From: Escherichia coli
Lineage (GTDB): Bacteria > Pseudomonadota > Gammaproteobacteria > Enterobacterales > Enterobacteriaceae
Reading direction: 5' to 3' (one strand)
Assembly (NCBI RefSeq): GCF_024700885.2
Contig: NZ_CP117016.1
DNA: 64,000 nucleotides
Position numbers and translations under genes: made by a program. Shown piece by piece: positions 38,640 to 47,079 of the stretch (the stretch's first letter is position 1; every line of letters starts with the position of its first letter). The notes beneath the pieces are model-generated. The model ran no database searches and had not been told where the DNA came from. It saw nothing but the letters and a program-made list of their open reading frames with translations.

Positions 38640-39461
38640 TTATCCTCTCAGTTCCTGTTGTGCCAGTGGCTGAAGCGTACCCTGATAGCGGGCCAGGTCG
38701 GGACGGTATGCTGCCCCCGGTGCATAAGACCAGCCGACGTCGGTGATCACCTTCGTGGTGCCGGTATTAAAGGTGGCCACGTTCCGCATTTCGCCGGTTT
38801 TCTCTGAGACCAGTTTCAGTTCCTGGCCCATGGCAGAGCCGGAGCTGATAACCTTCAGGCCACGGGCACGTACATCCGCCGCACTCAGGGCAATCACACT
38901 ACAGCGGCAGCGCCAGCCGTTCGGCGGGTAAAATGCCTGCCAGAACGGGTCATCCCAGCGCAGCACCAGACCATGCAGCGCCAGATGGCTCCTGCGGGTA
39001 TGGCTGTCGTTGATGCCGGTATACATCCAGTACGGCCTGTCGTCGACGTTTTCCATCTGTTCCGCCCAACGACCGGCGCTGTAGAGTACGGACATATTGG
39101 TGCGAAAGATGGTATCGAGCCGCCACGGACTGCCCTGCTGAATGGTGACTGGCTCACCCGTTACCGGGTCAGTCGTGTCACGTGGTCCCCACCATCCCTT
39201 ACGCTTCAGCACCGGCTCCAGCTCCTGCCGGAACCAGCGATCGGTTTTTCCTTCATCGACAGCCTGCTGCAGTGCCCCGCGAATATCTTCCAGGATATCC
39301 AGGCGGGTCACTTTAGCAACGGTAAAGGCGCGGGCATGGGCCTCCTGCCACATTTCTTCCCAGTCCCAGGTAATCTGATACCCTTTGGACTTCAGGTAGT
39401 TGATTGCCCGCTTCGGGGGAAGCGTCATGCAGTACGCCAGTTCAGCCGTTGTCACGCTCAT
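38640..39461 (-). CDS. Mu F-like minor head protein
   Basis: 273 aa ...PPKRAINYLKSKGYQITWDWEEMWQEAHARAFTVAKV...GWRCRCSV... Confidence 0.8.
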   Translation of the reverse strand: MSVTTAELAYCMTLPPKRAINYLKSKGYQITWDWEEMWQEAHARAFTVAKVTRLDILEDIRGALQQAVDEGKTDRWFRQELEPVLKRKGWWGPRDTTDPVTGEPVTIQQGSPWRLDTIFRTNMSVLYSAGRWAEQMENVDDRPYWMYTGINDSHTRRSHLALHGLVLRWDDPFWQAFYPPNGWRCRCSVIALSAADVRARGLKVISSGSAMGQELKLVSEKTGEMRNVATFNTGTTKVITDVGWSYAPGAAYRPDLARYQGTLQPLAQQELRG

Positions 39462-40938
39462 GCAGACGCCCCCGGATATTTGTCACAAAGAGAATGCGGG
39501 CCAGCCGCTCCTGCAGATCGTCCGTGTTCATCTGAGGGTAGAGCTCCGCCAGTTCGCCCAGCAGCTCAGACGGGTTAACCCCATTTTCGACCCGCCTGAA
39601 CAGAGGTGCCAGGACGGGTTCCAGCGTGCCATTTAACGCGCCTCCGTTCATCAGAATGTCCAGCGCGTCGTCAAGCTGCTGCTGAGCCTGAATATCAGCA
39701 TCAATCGCCTCGGCAAATGACAGCGGCAGCATGTTATTCTGTCGTTCCGACGGTGGTGTCTCGTCAATATCGCCGTCCTGCAGTTGGTACTCACGCTTGA
39801 AGTACTGCGGGGTCAGACGCAGACCCGCCCGGGTGAGTTTTTCGTCGCGGGTGGCACGGGTGTCATCAATGGCCTCCTGTTCCCACATGGCCCAGACCGG
39901 ACACGGCACATCGCCGAAGTTCAGGGTGACCACCGTTCTGATGACCTGATTCACTGCCGCCTGAATGATGTCCGCATCCGCATCGCGGATATCAGCCGTT
40001 ACCTCCAGCCCGGCCTGTGCAGAGGCCTTGTTACTGTTCGCTTCCGTGGTCTGATTCTGACCGAGTAATGCAATGGAGATCTCACTGCGTGACAGTGTGA
40101 TCAGCTCGCGGAATACCTCGCTGCTGTCCGCCTTACCATCCGCGGCTTTGAGTTCGATGCTGCTGTCATCGGGGATGGCGGCCACCGCGTCCTCCACCAT
40201 CTGCTCCATGGAGTCCAGCAGTTTTTCAATCTCTGCATCATTTGCACCCCTCGGGTGCTTACCGATCACCCACGGGGAGCCAAACTTTTCGGCAAAGCGG
40301 AGCCAGAATTTCATCCCGCCTTTCTTGAAGGCGACCGGCCAGAAGCACATGGACAGGTCCGGGAAACCGTAAGGATTGTCATACGAGGCATCCTGTGCCG
40401 GCACCACGAATTTTGACGGTGACAGCAGCTCACCCTCCACACCCGCATCACGCGCCCGGAAGCGCAGGCAGTTGTCCGTATCAAACTGAAACCACTCAGG
40501 CGGTTTGCCGACAATATCCGTCACCGCCCACGACCTGACCGAACGGCCCCACATGATTTCACAGGGCTGATACCCGTAGAGCACGGCATCGCTCATTTCA
40601 CCGATGATGCGGGACAGATCCAGATCGTCGAGCATGTCGCGGATGAAACGGAAGACCCGGGCAGAGGCGTGACCACGCTCCAGTCCACGCTCCAGCGATT
40701 TAAGCGCTGCTTTACGTCTGCGGATACAGCCCCCGACCAGCGGGTCGGTGCGCAGTTCGCGGTAGATACGGATATCCCGTCCCTGAGCCTTGAGAATGGG
40801 ATCAGGATTGGGCAGATACATGCCCAGTCCGTAAAAGTCGATCGCGCGGCTGCGGGAGGCAATCTGCGCGGTCAGTGATTTCTGAGGCTCAGAAAAAGCA
40901 ACAAATTCATCGGGTGAAACCCAGATACCCCTCGCCAT
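39442..40938 (-). CDS. portal protein (Mu gp29/DUF935-like)
   Basis: 498 aa, between the TerL and F-like genes. Confidence 0.8.
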   Translation of the reverse strand: MARGIWVSPDEFVAFSEPQKSLTAQIASRSRAIDFYGLGMYLPNPDPILKAQGRDIRIYRELRTDPLVGGCIRRRKAALKSLERGLERGHASARVFRFIRDMLDDLDLSRIIGEMSDAVLYGYQPCEIMWGRSVRSWAVTDIVGKPPEWFQFDTDNCLRFRARDAGVEGELLSPSKFVVPAQDASYDNPYGFPDLSMCFWPVAFKKGGMKFWLRFAEKFGSPWVIGKHPRGANDAEIEKLLDSMEQMVEDAVAAIPDDSSIELKAADGKADSSEVFRELITLSRSEISIALLGQNQTTEANSNKASAQAGLEVTADIRDADADIIQAAVNQVIRTVVTLNFGDVPCPVWAMWEQEAIDDTRATRDEKLTRAGLRLTPQYFKREYQLQDGDIDETPPSERQNNMLPLSFAEAIDADIQAQQQLDDALDILMNGGALNGTLEPVLAPLFRRVENGVNPSELLGELAELYPQMNTDDLQERLARILFVTNIRGRLHERDNG

Positions 40939-42533
40939 CAGAATCCCTCCAGCATACGGGCCGCCTGACGACGACGGCGTGAGCTTGCCTTCACCGGCCC
41001 TTTGTTAATTTCACGGCTGGCGAAATACGCCAGCGCCAGTGCGATGGCTGAATCCCCGTGGCGTTTACCACCGTCAGCCTTTGCTTTTGAGCGTTGCTCC
41101 GGTACGCGGGGGACACCGTTCACCACCTGAACGGCCCGCAGGTCATCCAGTGTGTCTTCATCCTTTGGTAAGTCCACCAGGTTGCCGTCTTCCAGTGCAG
41201 CTTTGACCGGAGGCATATGCTCCCGGTACCAGCCTTCGGTTGGCATCACCTGCTGAACCCGGCCGGAGCCGTAGCGCTGCATGGCGTATTCAGCCAGATA
41301 GGCACCATTACCACGGGCATCAAACGCTGCACCCAGCAGACCGGGCAGGCCATCCATCAGATACCAGGTGATTTGCTCCTGCTGTCTGAACGGCACGTTA
41401 CGCAGCTCCAGTACGAATGGCACGCGTCGTACCAGGTTCTTCTCCTGCAGCAGGGGATAGTCCACCGACAAATCACCGCTACGGCCAAAGTCGCGCCCCA
41501 GGAAAGAGCGGGCATCAGTGGGGAGTGCCTCCAGCAATGGTTTCAGATACTCATCAAGCCAGTCCTGCGTCTCGCGGAAGCGAACCTCATCAGACAGCAG
41601 TTCATAACCTTCCTTGCAGGTCAGACGCAATACCGGCGTATCAGCGGACATGCGGGACTCTATCAGGGCACGGGACAGCCAGGCACCGCCACCGTTGGCC
41701 GGAATACAGTCAAGCTCTTCGGATGCGCCGGCACCGTAGAATTTGTACACCGATGCCATCCAGGCCTGCTCGGATGCCTCCGACCATTCCTTCCCGGTGC
41801 GCAGACAGACGCGCCGGAACAGCCCCTCAGATACGGCTTCCCGGAAAGTGATGCGATGTATGCTGCCTCCCTGACGTCCGGCACGGATATCCCCGATAAG
41901 CGTATTGAACGGATTGTCGTCACCGTCATGGGTGGAGATAACGCGTACCTTTCCCCCCCAGATAAGCATCGCCAGCGCCGCTTTCAGCAGTTCGTCCAGT
42001 TGCTCATGGAACGCCGCTTCGTCGATAACAATAATACCCTGACGGCCACGCAGGTTAGACGGGCGGCTGGAGAGCGCAACAATACGAAAGCCGGAGTCAG
42101 GAAATTTGATGGTGTAAGTCCTGATGTGTTTGTCGTCGTCGTCCTCTTCCCAGAATCCTTCTTCAATTTCACTGGCCGCATAGTTGAATGCCCGTGCCCA
42201 CATCGCACACGCCTGAATGTATTCGACGGTCATGTCCTGGTTATAAGCGATGTAATACACATTCATCCCGCCTGCTGGCGCAGAAGAGGCGGCGGTCAGT
42301 ACGTTATCGGATGCCTCAGCCCATGTAATACCGGTACGACGGCTCTTTTCTATCACCTTAAGCGGAGAGGTGTCTGCCACCCAGCGCTGCTGGTAAGGCA
42401 ACAGAACGGGAGGGGCATCCAGCGCCGAGGTATCAGGCAAAACGGGAGCAAGGTTATTCCTCCCGTCCATGGGACTCATCCCTTCGGGGCCGCCGCCAGC
42501 GGCGTTTAAAATCACTCCGGATGATTTTGTCAT
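40938..42533 (-). CDS. terminase large subunit (Mu gp28-like)
   Basis: 531 aa ...LLPYQQRWVADTSPLKVIEKSRRTGITWAEA...IVIDEAAF (Walker B-like)... Confidence 0.85.
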   Translation of the reverse strand: MTKSSGVILNAAGGGPEGMSPMDGRNNLAPVLPDTSALDAPPVLLPYQQRWVADTSPLKVIEKSRRTGITWAEASDNVLTAASSAPAGGMNVYYIAYNQDMTVEYIQACAMWARAFNYAASEIEEGFWEEDDDDKHIRTYTIKFPDSGFRIVALSSRPSNLRGRQGIIVIDEAAFHEQLDELLKAALAMLIWGGKVRVISTHDGDDNPFNTLIGDIRAGRQGGSIHRITFREAVSEGLFRRVCLRTGKEWSEASEQAWMASVYKFYGAGASEELDCIPANGGGAWLSRALIESRMSADTPVLRLTCKEGYELLSDEVRFRETQDWLDEYLKPLLEALPTDARSFLGRDFGRSGDLSVDYPLLQEKNLVRRVPFVLELRNVPFRQQEQITWYLMDGLPGLLGAAFDARGNGAYLAEYAMQRYGSGRVQQVMPTEGWYREHMPPVKAALEDGNLVDLPKDEDTLDDLRAVQVVNGVPRVPEQRSKAKADGGKRHGDSAIALALAYFASREINKGPVKASSRRRRQAARMLEGF

Positions 42534-43075
42534 GTGGCAATCCCCAGAATCTCGCGACGAAGCGCCTGTACTGCGTCGCTTGACAGTCCCCCCTTACGGG
42601 CAATTTTCTCGGCGTTGCTGGCTGCCTGCTGCGCTCTGGCCCGTACTTCAGACTGGAACTTTTTGAGGTTGACGGACGCGCGGGACAGCGTAGCCACATT
42701 CTTCGCCACCTTCGACAGCAGGGCCACGCGTTCTTTAGGATCGACTTCGCCTTCTTCCGCCTCCTGCAACTGGACAATACTCTCGAACAGCTCGGTCTGA
42801 ATAAGGGCTATCACAGCCTCCGAACGCGCATCCTGATCGTCTGCTGCGCCTTCGGTCAGCATGCGGGCCGCTTCTGTTGCCGCACGGATAGCACCATAGC
42901 GGCGCTCAATCTTCTGTCCATAGCGATGGATAGCGGATTTGCTGATGACGTACCCCCGCTCACGCAACAGTGACTCCAGCTCGTTATACCCGCTGAAGCC
43001 GGATTCAGTCAGCGCCCGTTCAAGCCAGCGGCGCACGTCTTCCGGCAGCTTTTCTATTGTGCTGCGTCTGGCCAT
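42530..43075 (-). CDS. DUF3486 protein (Mu gp27-like small terminase)
   Basis: MARRSTIEKLPEDVRRWLERALTESGFSGYNELESLLRERGYVISKSAIHRYGQK... Confidence 0.8.
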   Translation of the reverse strand: MARRSTIEKLPEDVRRWLERALTESGFSGYNELESLLRERGYVISKSAIHRYGQKIERRYGAIRAATEAARMLTEGAADDQDARSEAVIALIQTELFESIVQLQEAEEGEVDPKERVALLSKVAKNVATLSRASVNLKKFQSEVRARAQQAASNAEKIARKGGLSSDAVQALRREILGIAT

Positions 43076-43386
43076 TATTCACTCCAGTACTTTTCCGGGC
43101 GGGCAATACCCGGACCACATTCCACGGTGTATTCCACCAGGTCTACGCCGAGGCGGGTCAGGTCAGCAAACCAGTCGCCAGAAGGTTTTTTCTCCAGCTC
43201 AACCATTTTACGGTCAGCCAGATAATCCAGTTCGCGGCGCAGTTCCAGCGGTGTGGTGTCCGGGTAGATGGCACGGGACACATCCAGCAGCAGCGTCTCG
43301 CTGGCGGTGTAAGGGCGGGTCTTGTTCAGGGCAACCAGCAGACTCCAGCGCAGGGATTCGCGGCGTACCCGGGTAATATCGACCAT
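43075..43386 (-). CDS. hypothetical protein (possible winged helix)
   Basis: 103-aa ORF translationally coupled on both sides. No family recognised. Confidence 0.55.
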   Translation of the reverse strand: MVDITRVRRESLRWSLLVALNKTRPYTASETLLLDVSRAIYPDTTPLELRRELDYLADRKMVELEKKPSGDWFADLTRLGVDLVEYTVECGPGIARPEKYWSE

Positions 43387-43712
43387 TATTGACCTCCGGT
43401 ATTGCGGTACTGCTGTACCACTTCCAGTTTGTTATAAAGCGCGTCCAGTTTGGCCTCAATGACTGTCTGGCCACGGATATAATCCTCTCGACGGACATAA
43501 TTCAGCGGTAAATCCGCTTTAAATCGCATAAATTCTTTTTCCAGCTCGCCCCAGTTGGAGGCGGATTGTTGCAGGGCCTGTTCAAGGGAGGCGAATCGTG
43601 CCGCCTGGCGTTCTTCTGTTTTACTGAACAACCATTTGGCGAGCCCTCCCACAAACCCCATGAAGGTGAGCAGAAAACTCACCACCGTCCAGAATTCAAC
43701 CTGCAGTGTCAT
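43386..43712 (-). CDS. DUF2730-like membrane-anchored protein (Mu gp25 position)
   Basis: N-terminal TM helix FWTVVSFLLTFMGFVGGLAKWLF followed by a coiled coil. Confidence 0.6.
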   Translation of the reverse strand: MTLQVEFWTVVSFLLTFMGFVGGLAKWLFSKTEERQAARFASLEQALQQSASNWGELEKEFMRFKADLPLNYVRREDYIRGQTVIEAKLDALYNKLEVVQQYRNTGGQ

Positions 43713-44359
43713 TTCTGTAATCCTTCCCGTTCATCCAGCAGCGCGTTTATCTGGTTCCGCCAGCGACGACATTGCCATGCGTTGTCGATGATGTTGGCGA
43801 GAACGTCACGCTGGGAGACACCCGAATCGCGTAACCGGGTGTCAGTGGTTTCAGGTTGCCCGGTCGCTGTGCCAGAGCGGGTGCCAGTGGCGGCAACTGA
43901 GTCTGAATGACCGGTGTCGACGGATGCGTTGTCATATCCGAGTGCGGCGTTGTACTGGCGCACGAAACCGCGAGTAAACACGCACTCAATGGGATGACTC
44001 TTACCTTTTTCATCAATCCAGCGCTGTGTGACATCGTTAATTTGCCCCTGTAGTTGTTTGTTCCGGCTCTCCAGTTGAGCAATCTGCTCAAGATAACCGG
44101 CTTCAGCCCGCTGCCCGGCGGCCACCTGCTCCTGATACCGTCTGGCCCAGGCCCGCAGCGCAGCATTCTCAAGCGTTGCCTGCTCCGTTTTGTACGCGTC
44201 AAATGCTGACTGCAACTGACTTAGCGCGGTATCACCGTCACGCTTTGCAGAGTCATGACCACTTCTGTATCCCATGGCATACAGGCCGACCAGAAAGGCA
44301 TTGATAAGAATGGCCAGCAGAATGCCGCGCCACGGCAGCTTTTTAACCAGATGCCACAC
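43709..44359 (-). CDS. i-spanin (Rz-like)
   Basis: A GTG start is proposed at 44359 (GGGAGG 8 nt upstream). It has an N-terminal TM (LPWRGILLAILINAFLVGLYAMGY) and a coiled-coil periplasmic part. The start is uncertain. Confidence 0.65.
   Translation of the reverse strand: MWHLVKKLPWRGILLAILINAFLVGLYAMGYRSGHDSAKRDGDTALSQLQSAFDAYKTEQATLENAALRAWARRYQEQVAAGQRAEAGYLEQIAQLESRNKQLQGQINDVTQRWIDEKGKSHPIECVFTRGFVRQYNAALGYDNASVDTGHSDSVAATGTRSGTATGQPETTDTRLRDSGVSQRDVLANIIDNAWQCRRWRNQINALLDEREGLQK
43747..44013 (-). CDS. o-spanin (Rz1-like lipoprotein) embedded in the +1 frame of the i-spanin gene
   Basis: MKKVRVIPLSACLLAVSCAS (lipobox LAVSC), then a Pro-rich mature part. It is wholly contained within the Rz-like gene. 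Confidence 0.7.
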   Translation of the reverse strand: MKKVRVIPLSACLLAVSCASTTPHSDMTTHPSTPVIQTQLPPLAPALAQRPGNLKPLTPGYAIRVSPSVTFSPTSSTTHGNVVAGGTR

Positions 44360-45083
44360 AACTGCTGCCTCCCCATGTGAGATATCGCGGTGCCAGTTCG
44401 CGCAGGATGCGCTGCGGATAATGGCGGTTCTCCCGCCAGCTGGCCGCATTGCGTCCGGCATTCACCGTGGCGACATGTCCGAACCAGCGGGTGCTGTCCA
44501 GACCTTTCTGTGATGCAAGCCGCCTGTCCCGTTGTACCCAGCCCAGACCACCGTTATAGCCCGACAGTGTCATGGCCATACGCTCGCAGTCACTGGCGGC
44601 GCTGACACGCTGCCACAGCCAGCGGTCATAGCTGACCAGCGCCCGGATAGCCCATGCCGGATTAAACGGCTCACGACTGCTCAGCATCGGTATCAACTGG
44701 CTTATCCAGTCGGCAGTGGCAGGCATGAACTGCGCCAGTCCCTGAGCGCCAGCCGGCGAGATCGCATCAGGTCGCCAGCCGCTTTCCTGATGCAGTTGCG
44801 CGGCGAAATCGGCCACCGGCGCAGACAGTCCCCATTCAAGCCGGGCATTACGGATCACATCATCGCGATACTGCAGCGCAGCCTGCGGAGGTTGTGCTGC
44901 GCATGCCTGGCTGAAAAAGCCGCCACACCAGAGCAACATTGCGACAAAGAATACCCATGCCATATGAACCAGAAAGGTCCCGGCGCGGACTGACAGGCGT
45001 TCGGTTCTGATGAAGACCCGAAAGGCTTCGAAAGCCAGTTTCAGGGACATGCATACAATCCAGGTGATCTGCGGCCAGTTCAT
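44343..45083 (-). CDS. lytic transglycosylase endolysin with N-terminal hydrophobic segment
   Basis: SLT motif QLHQESGWRPDAISPAGAQGLAQFMPAT. N-terminal MAWVFFVAMLLWCGGFFSQACAAQ suggests a signal or SAR anchor. The true start may be internal (e.g. 44963). Confidence 0.8.
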   Translation of the reverse strand: MNWPQITWIVCMSLKLAFEAFRVFIRTERLSVRAGTFLVHMAWVFFVAMLLWCGGFFSQACAAQPPQAALQYRDDVIRNARLEWGLSAPVADFAAQLHQESGWRPDAISPAGAQGLAQFMPATADWISQLIPMLSSREPFNPAWAIRALVSYDRWLWQRVSAASDCERMAMTLSGYNGGLGWVQRDRRLASQKGLDSTRWFGHVATVNAGRNAASWRENRHYPQRILRELAPRYLTWGGSSCVASG

Positions 45084-45085
45084 GA

Positions 45086-45436
45086 TTAAAGCCCCATCGC
45101 AACAGCCAGGCAGACCGCTGCAACAATCAGTGCACGGCGGATTAACGCAGCAGAAAACACCAGGTGAAGGCCGGTCTGTACCGGGAAACGCCCTTCAGCC
45201 ATCAGCCTGTCGTCATGTTTCAGGTACTGACCGGGACGGGCTTTGGGGAAGAGCGAACGGTCAAGCCAGTAACCCAGCACTGCTGCCAGCGTGATGAGTG
45301 CCAGCTTGTAGATCACAACAGGCAGCTGCTGTGGTGAGACCAGAGCGATGGTGCCCAGCAACAGCACTGAGGTCAGCAGCCAGCCGCTGAGGCGAGGTTT
45401 TTTAACAAGGGGAATGAATTTTTTCAGTTTTTTCAT
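45086..45436 (-). CDS. putative holin
   Basis: MKKLKKFIPLVKKPRLSGWLLTSVLLLGTIALVS... with 2-3 TM helices. AAGGAGA SD before ATG 45436. It is the first gene of the leftward late/lysis operon. Confidence 0.65.
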   Translation of the reverse strand: MKKLKKFIPLVKKPRLSGWLLTSVLLLGTIALVSPQQLPVVIYKLALITLAAVLGYWLDRSLFPKARPGQYLKHDDRLMAEGRFPVQTGLHLVFSAALIRRALIVAAVCLAVAMGL

Positions 45437-45566
45437 GTGTGTCTCCTTATCTGGTGGAGACAGCATCACAAATACAGGGCGCGAAGGATTTTAAAGCGCG
45501 TTAAGAGAGCCGGGGATACGGGATGTGCAGGATAAACGATGAATTATTCACAGAGGAGAATACGAT

Positions 45567-46295
45567 ATGACGCAGACACTGAATCCGGTCATCACTGTCA
45601 CCGTGTCCGGTCCTGTGGGCAGCGGTAAAAGTTACGTACTGGCGCGAATAGAGGAAGTGGTGAAACAGGAATTCGGAAACAGCGTCATTGTCGACGCCGC
45701 AGACGTGGACGGTGAGCGCCGTATGAGTGGGGATGATCTGAGCACATGGCAGAAACCACGGGCTGGCACAGTGATCAGGCTGGAGGAATACACGGGACAG
45801 GGCCTGTTGTCATACGGCGAGGAGCGTATCTGTCGGACGAATGAGCTGCTGGATGTTATATGCCCCACGGGCCGGCAACCCTGGATACTGCCCGATGCAC
45901 TGCATGCCACCATTGCGGCACTGATGACAGTTTACGATCAGGAGCTGCTCATGAAGGAGTTACGTAAACTCACTGGTCAGTCAACAGAATGTTGTTCGTC
46001 CCCGAAGTACGGCAAACAGGAACACATCCCGATTAACCAGCCTCCCCGGTTCTTCGACGAATACCTTCTGACACCGGAAAATAAAGCTGAGCATGAAGAG
46101 ATCAAAGCGGCGTTGTTCCGGGAAATCAGGAAGATTGCTGAAATGCAACTGGAGGGCGGGCTGGACAGAGTGATGGCGAGAGGAGAATGGGCATCGCTGT
46201 TTGAAAGAGTTTCCCCGGAATTACTTCCCCTCGCACTGGCTATCGGGATTATGCAGACAGCGGATAAACCTCACTTACGTTCATTAAACACGTAA
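45567..46295 (+). CDS. hypothetical protein with N-terminal P-loop (Walker A GPVGSGKS)
   Basis: 242 aa with SD GAGGAG before ATG 45567. ITVTVSGPVGSGKSYVLARIEE...VIVDAAD. No family recognised. Confidence 0.65.
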   Translation: MTQTLNPVITVTVSGPVGSGKSYVLARIEEVVKQEFGNSVIVDAADVDGERRMSGDDLSTWQKPRAGTVIRLEEYTGQGLLSYGEERICRTNELLDVICPTGRQPWILPDALHATIAALMTVYDQELLMKELRKLTGQSTECCSSPKYGKQEHIPINQPPRFFDEYLLTPENKAEHEEIKAALFREIRKIAEMQLEGGLDRVMARGEWASLFERVSPELLPLALAIGIMQTADKPHLRSLNT

Positions 46296-46675
46296 CGCAT
46301 AATCCGGGATACGCATTCAGCGATGACTGCATTTTCACCGGTTTTTACTGCATCCAGAAGTGACTCTTTAAATGGTACGGGCCGGGGCTGCAGAAAGGTC
46401 GGCATGGCATTGAGCAGACAGAGCGTTTTTTCCGTGAGGACGACATCAGCCGCTCCCACAGCCAGCAACTGAGAGTAACGAATATAGCTGTTATCCCGAA
46501 GCCATATCAGCGTATCAATAAAACACCGGCACTTTTTCTGGTCGTGATCAACCTGGTCCGGGATATCGAAAAAACCAGAATAAATCAAAACCTGAGGTGC
46601 CGGATGCGTGTTCAGTAATCGGCAGAATATTTTGCCGGTGAGTACATAAAAATCATCATTTAAGGAGTGCATCAT
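46271..46675 (-). CDS. hypothetical protein
   Basis: 134 aa, the only long ORF in 46296-46673. Its 3' end overlaps the P-loop gene by 25 nt (convergent). Its ATG overlaps the ATG of the 46674 ORF on the other strand. Confidence 0.5.
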   Translation of the reverse strand: MMHSLNDDFYVLTGKIFCRLLNTHPAPQVLIYSGFFDIPDQVDHDQKKCRCFIDTLIWLRDNSYIRYSQLLAVGAADVVLTEKTLCLLNAMPTFLQPRPVPFKESLLDAVKTGENAVIAECVSRIMRYVFNERK

Positions 46676-46889
46676 GAATCCCCGATTAACGTTAACAGAA
46701 CATCAGCGCCGTGCTGAAGCAGTGAACAATGTTCTGGAAGATATTATCCGGTTATACCGCGGAGAACTGAGTGTCTGTCGTGCCGCTTTTCATTTTCAGG
46801 GAATACAAAAGCAGTTTGATACTTCTGTTTTTGCAGAAGGTATTACTTATGCCCTGGACCGGATAAGGTCAGAAAATCGCCCCGGATAA
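46674..46889 (+). CDS. hypothetical small protein
   Basis: 71 aa with a good SD (AAGGAG, 6-nt spacer) before ATG 46674. Predicted helical. Confidence 0.5.
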   Translation: MNPRLTLTEHQRRAEAVNNVLEDIIRLYRGELSVCRAAFHFQGIQKQFDTSVFAEGITYALDRIRSENRPG

Positions 46890-46943
46890 TCCCTAAACCA
46901 CATTAACAGAAATCCCGCCATCCCTGCCGCATCATGAAAGAAC

Positions 46944-46975
46944 GACCAGCCCGGCACCCGAAAGCCGGGCTGGTC
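46944..46975. terminator. perfect 12-bp GC-rich hairpin
   Basis: GACCAGCCCGGC-acccgaaa-GCCGGGCTGGTC, between the 71-aa ORF and the methyltransferase gene. Weak T-tract only. Confidence 0.45.
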
Positions 46976-47079
46976 ATCGCCCCACAGGAATGCGCTGTGA
47001 GCCGACCAAGGTTCAGTCAGTCTCGCGAGACCTGACCAGACTGCCATATTTTTTAATAATTGTAAAAGGCTTGCAGATT

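Noticed and set aside
33577-42509. Long plus-strand ORFs inside the late operon (e.g. 33577-34449 290 aa, 36088-36822 244 aa, 38973-39578 201 aa, 41217-42509 430 aa)
   Set aside because: They lie antisense to sheath, capsid, F-like and terminase genes that have clear family motifs. Their composition is typical of the reverse frame of high-GC coding DNA.
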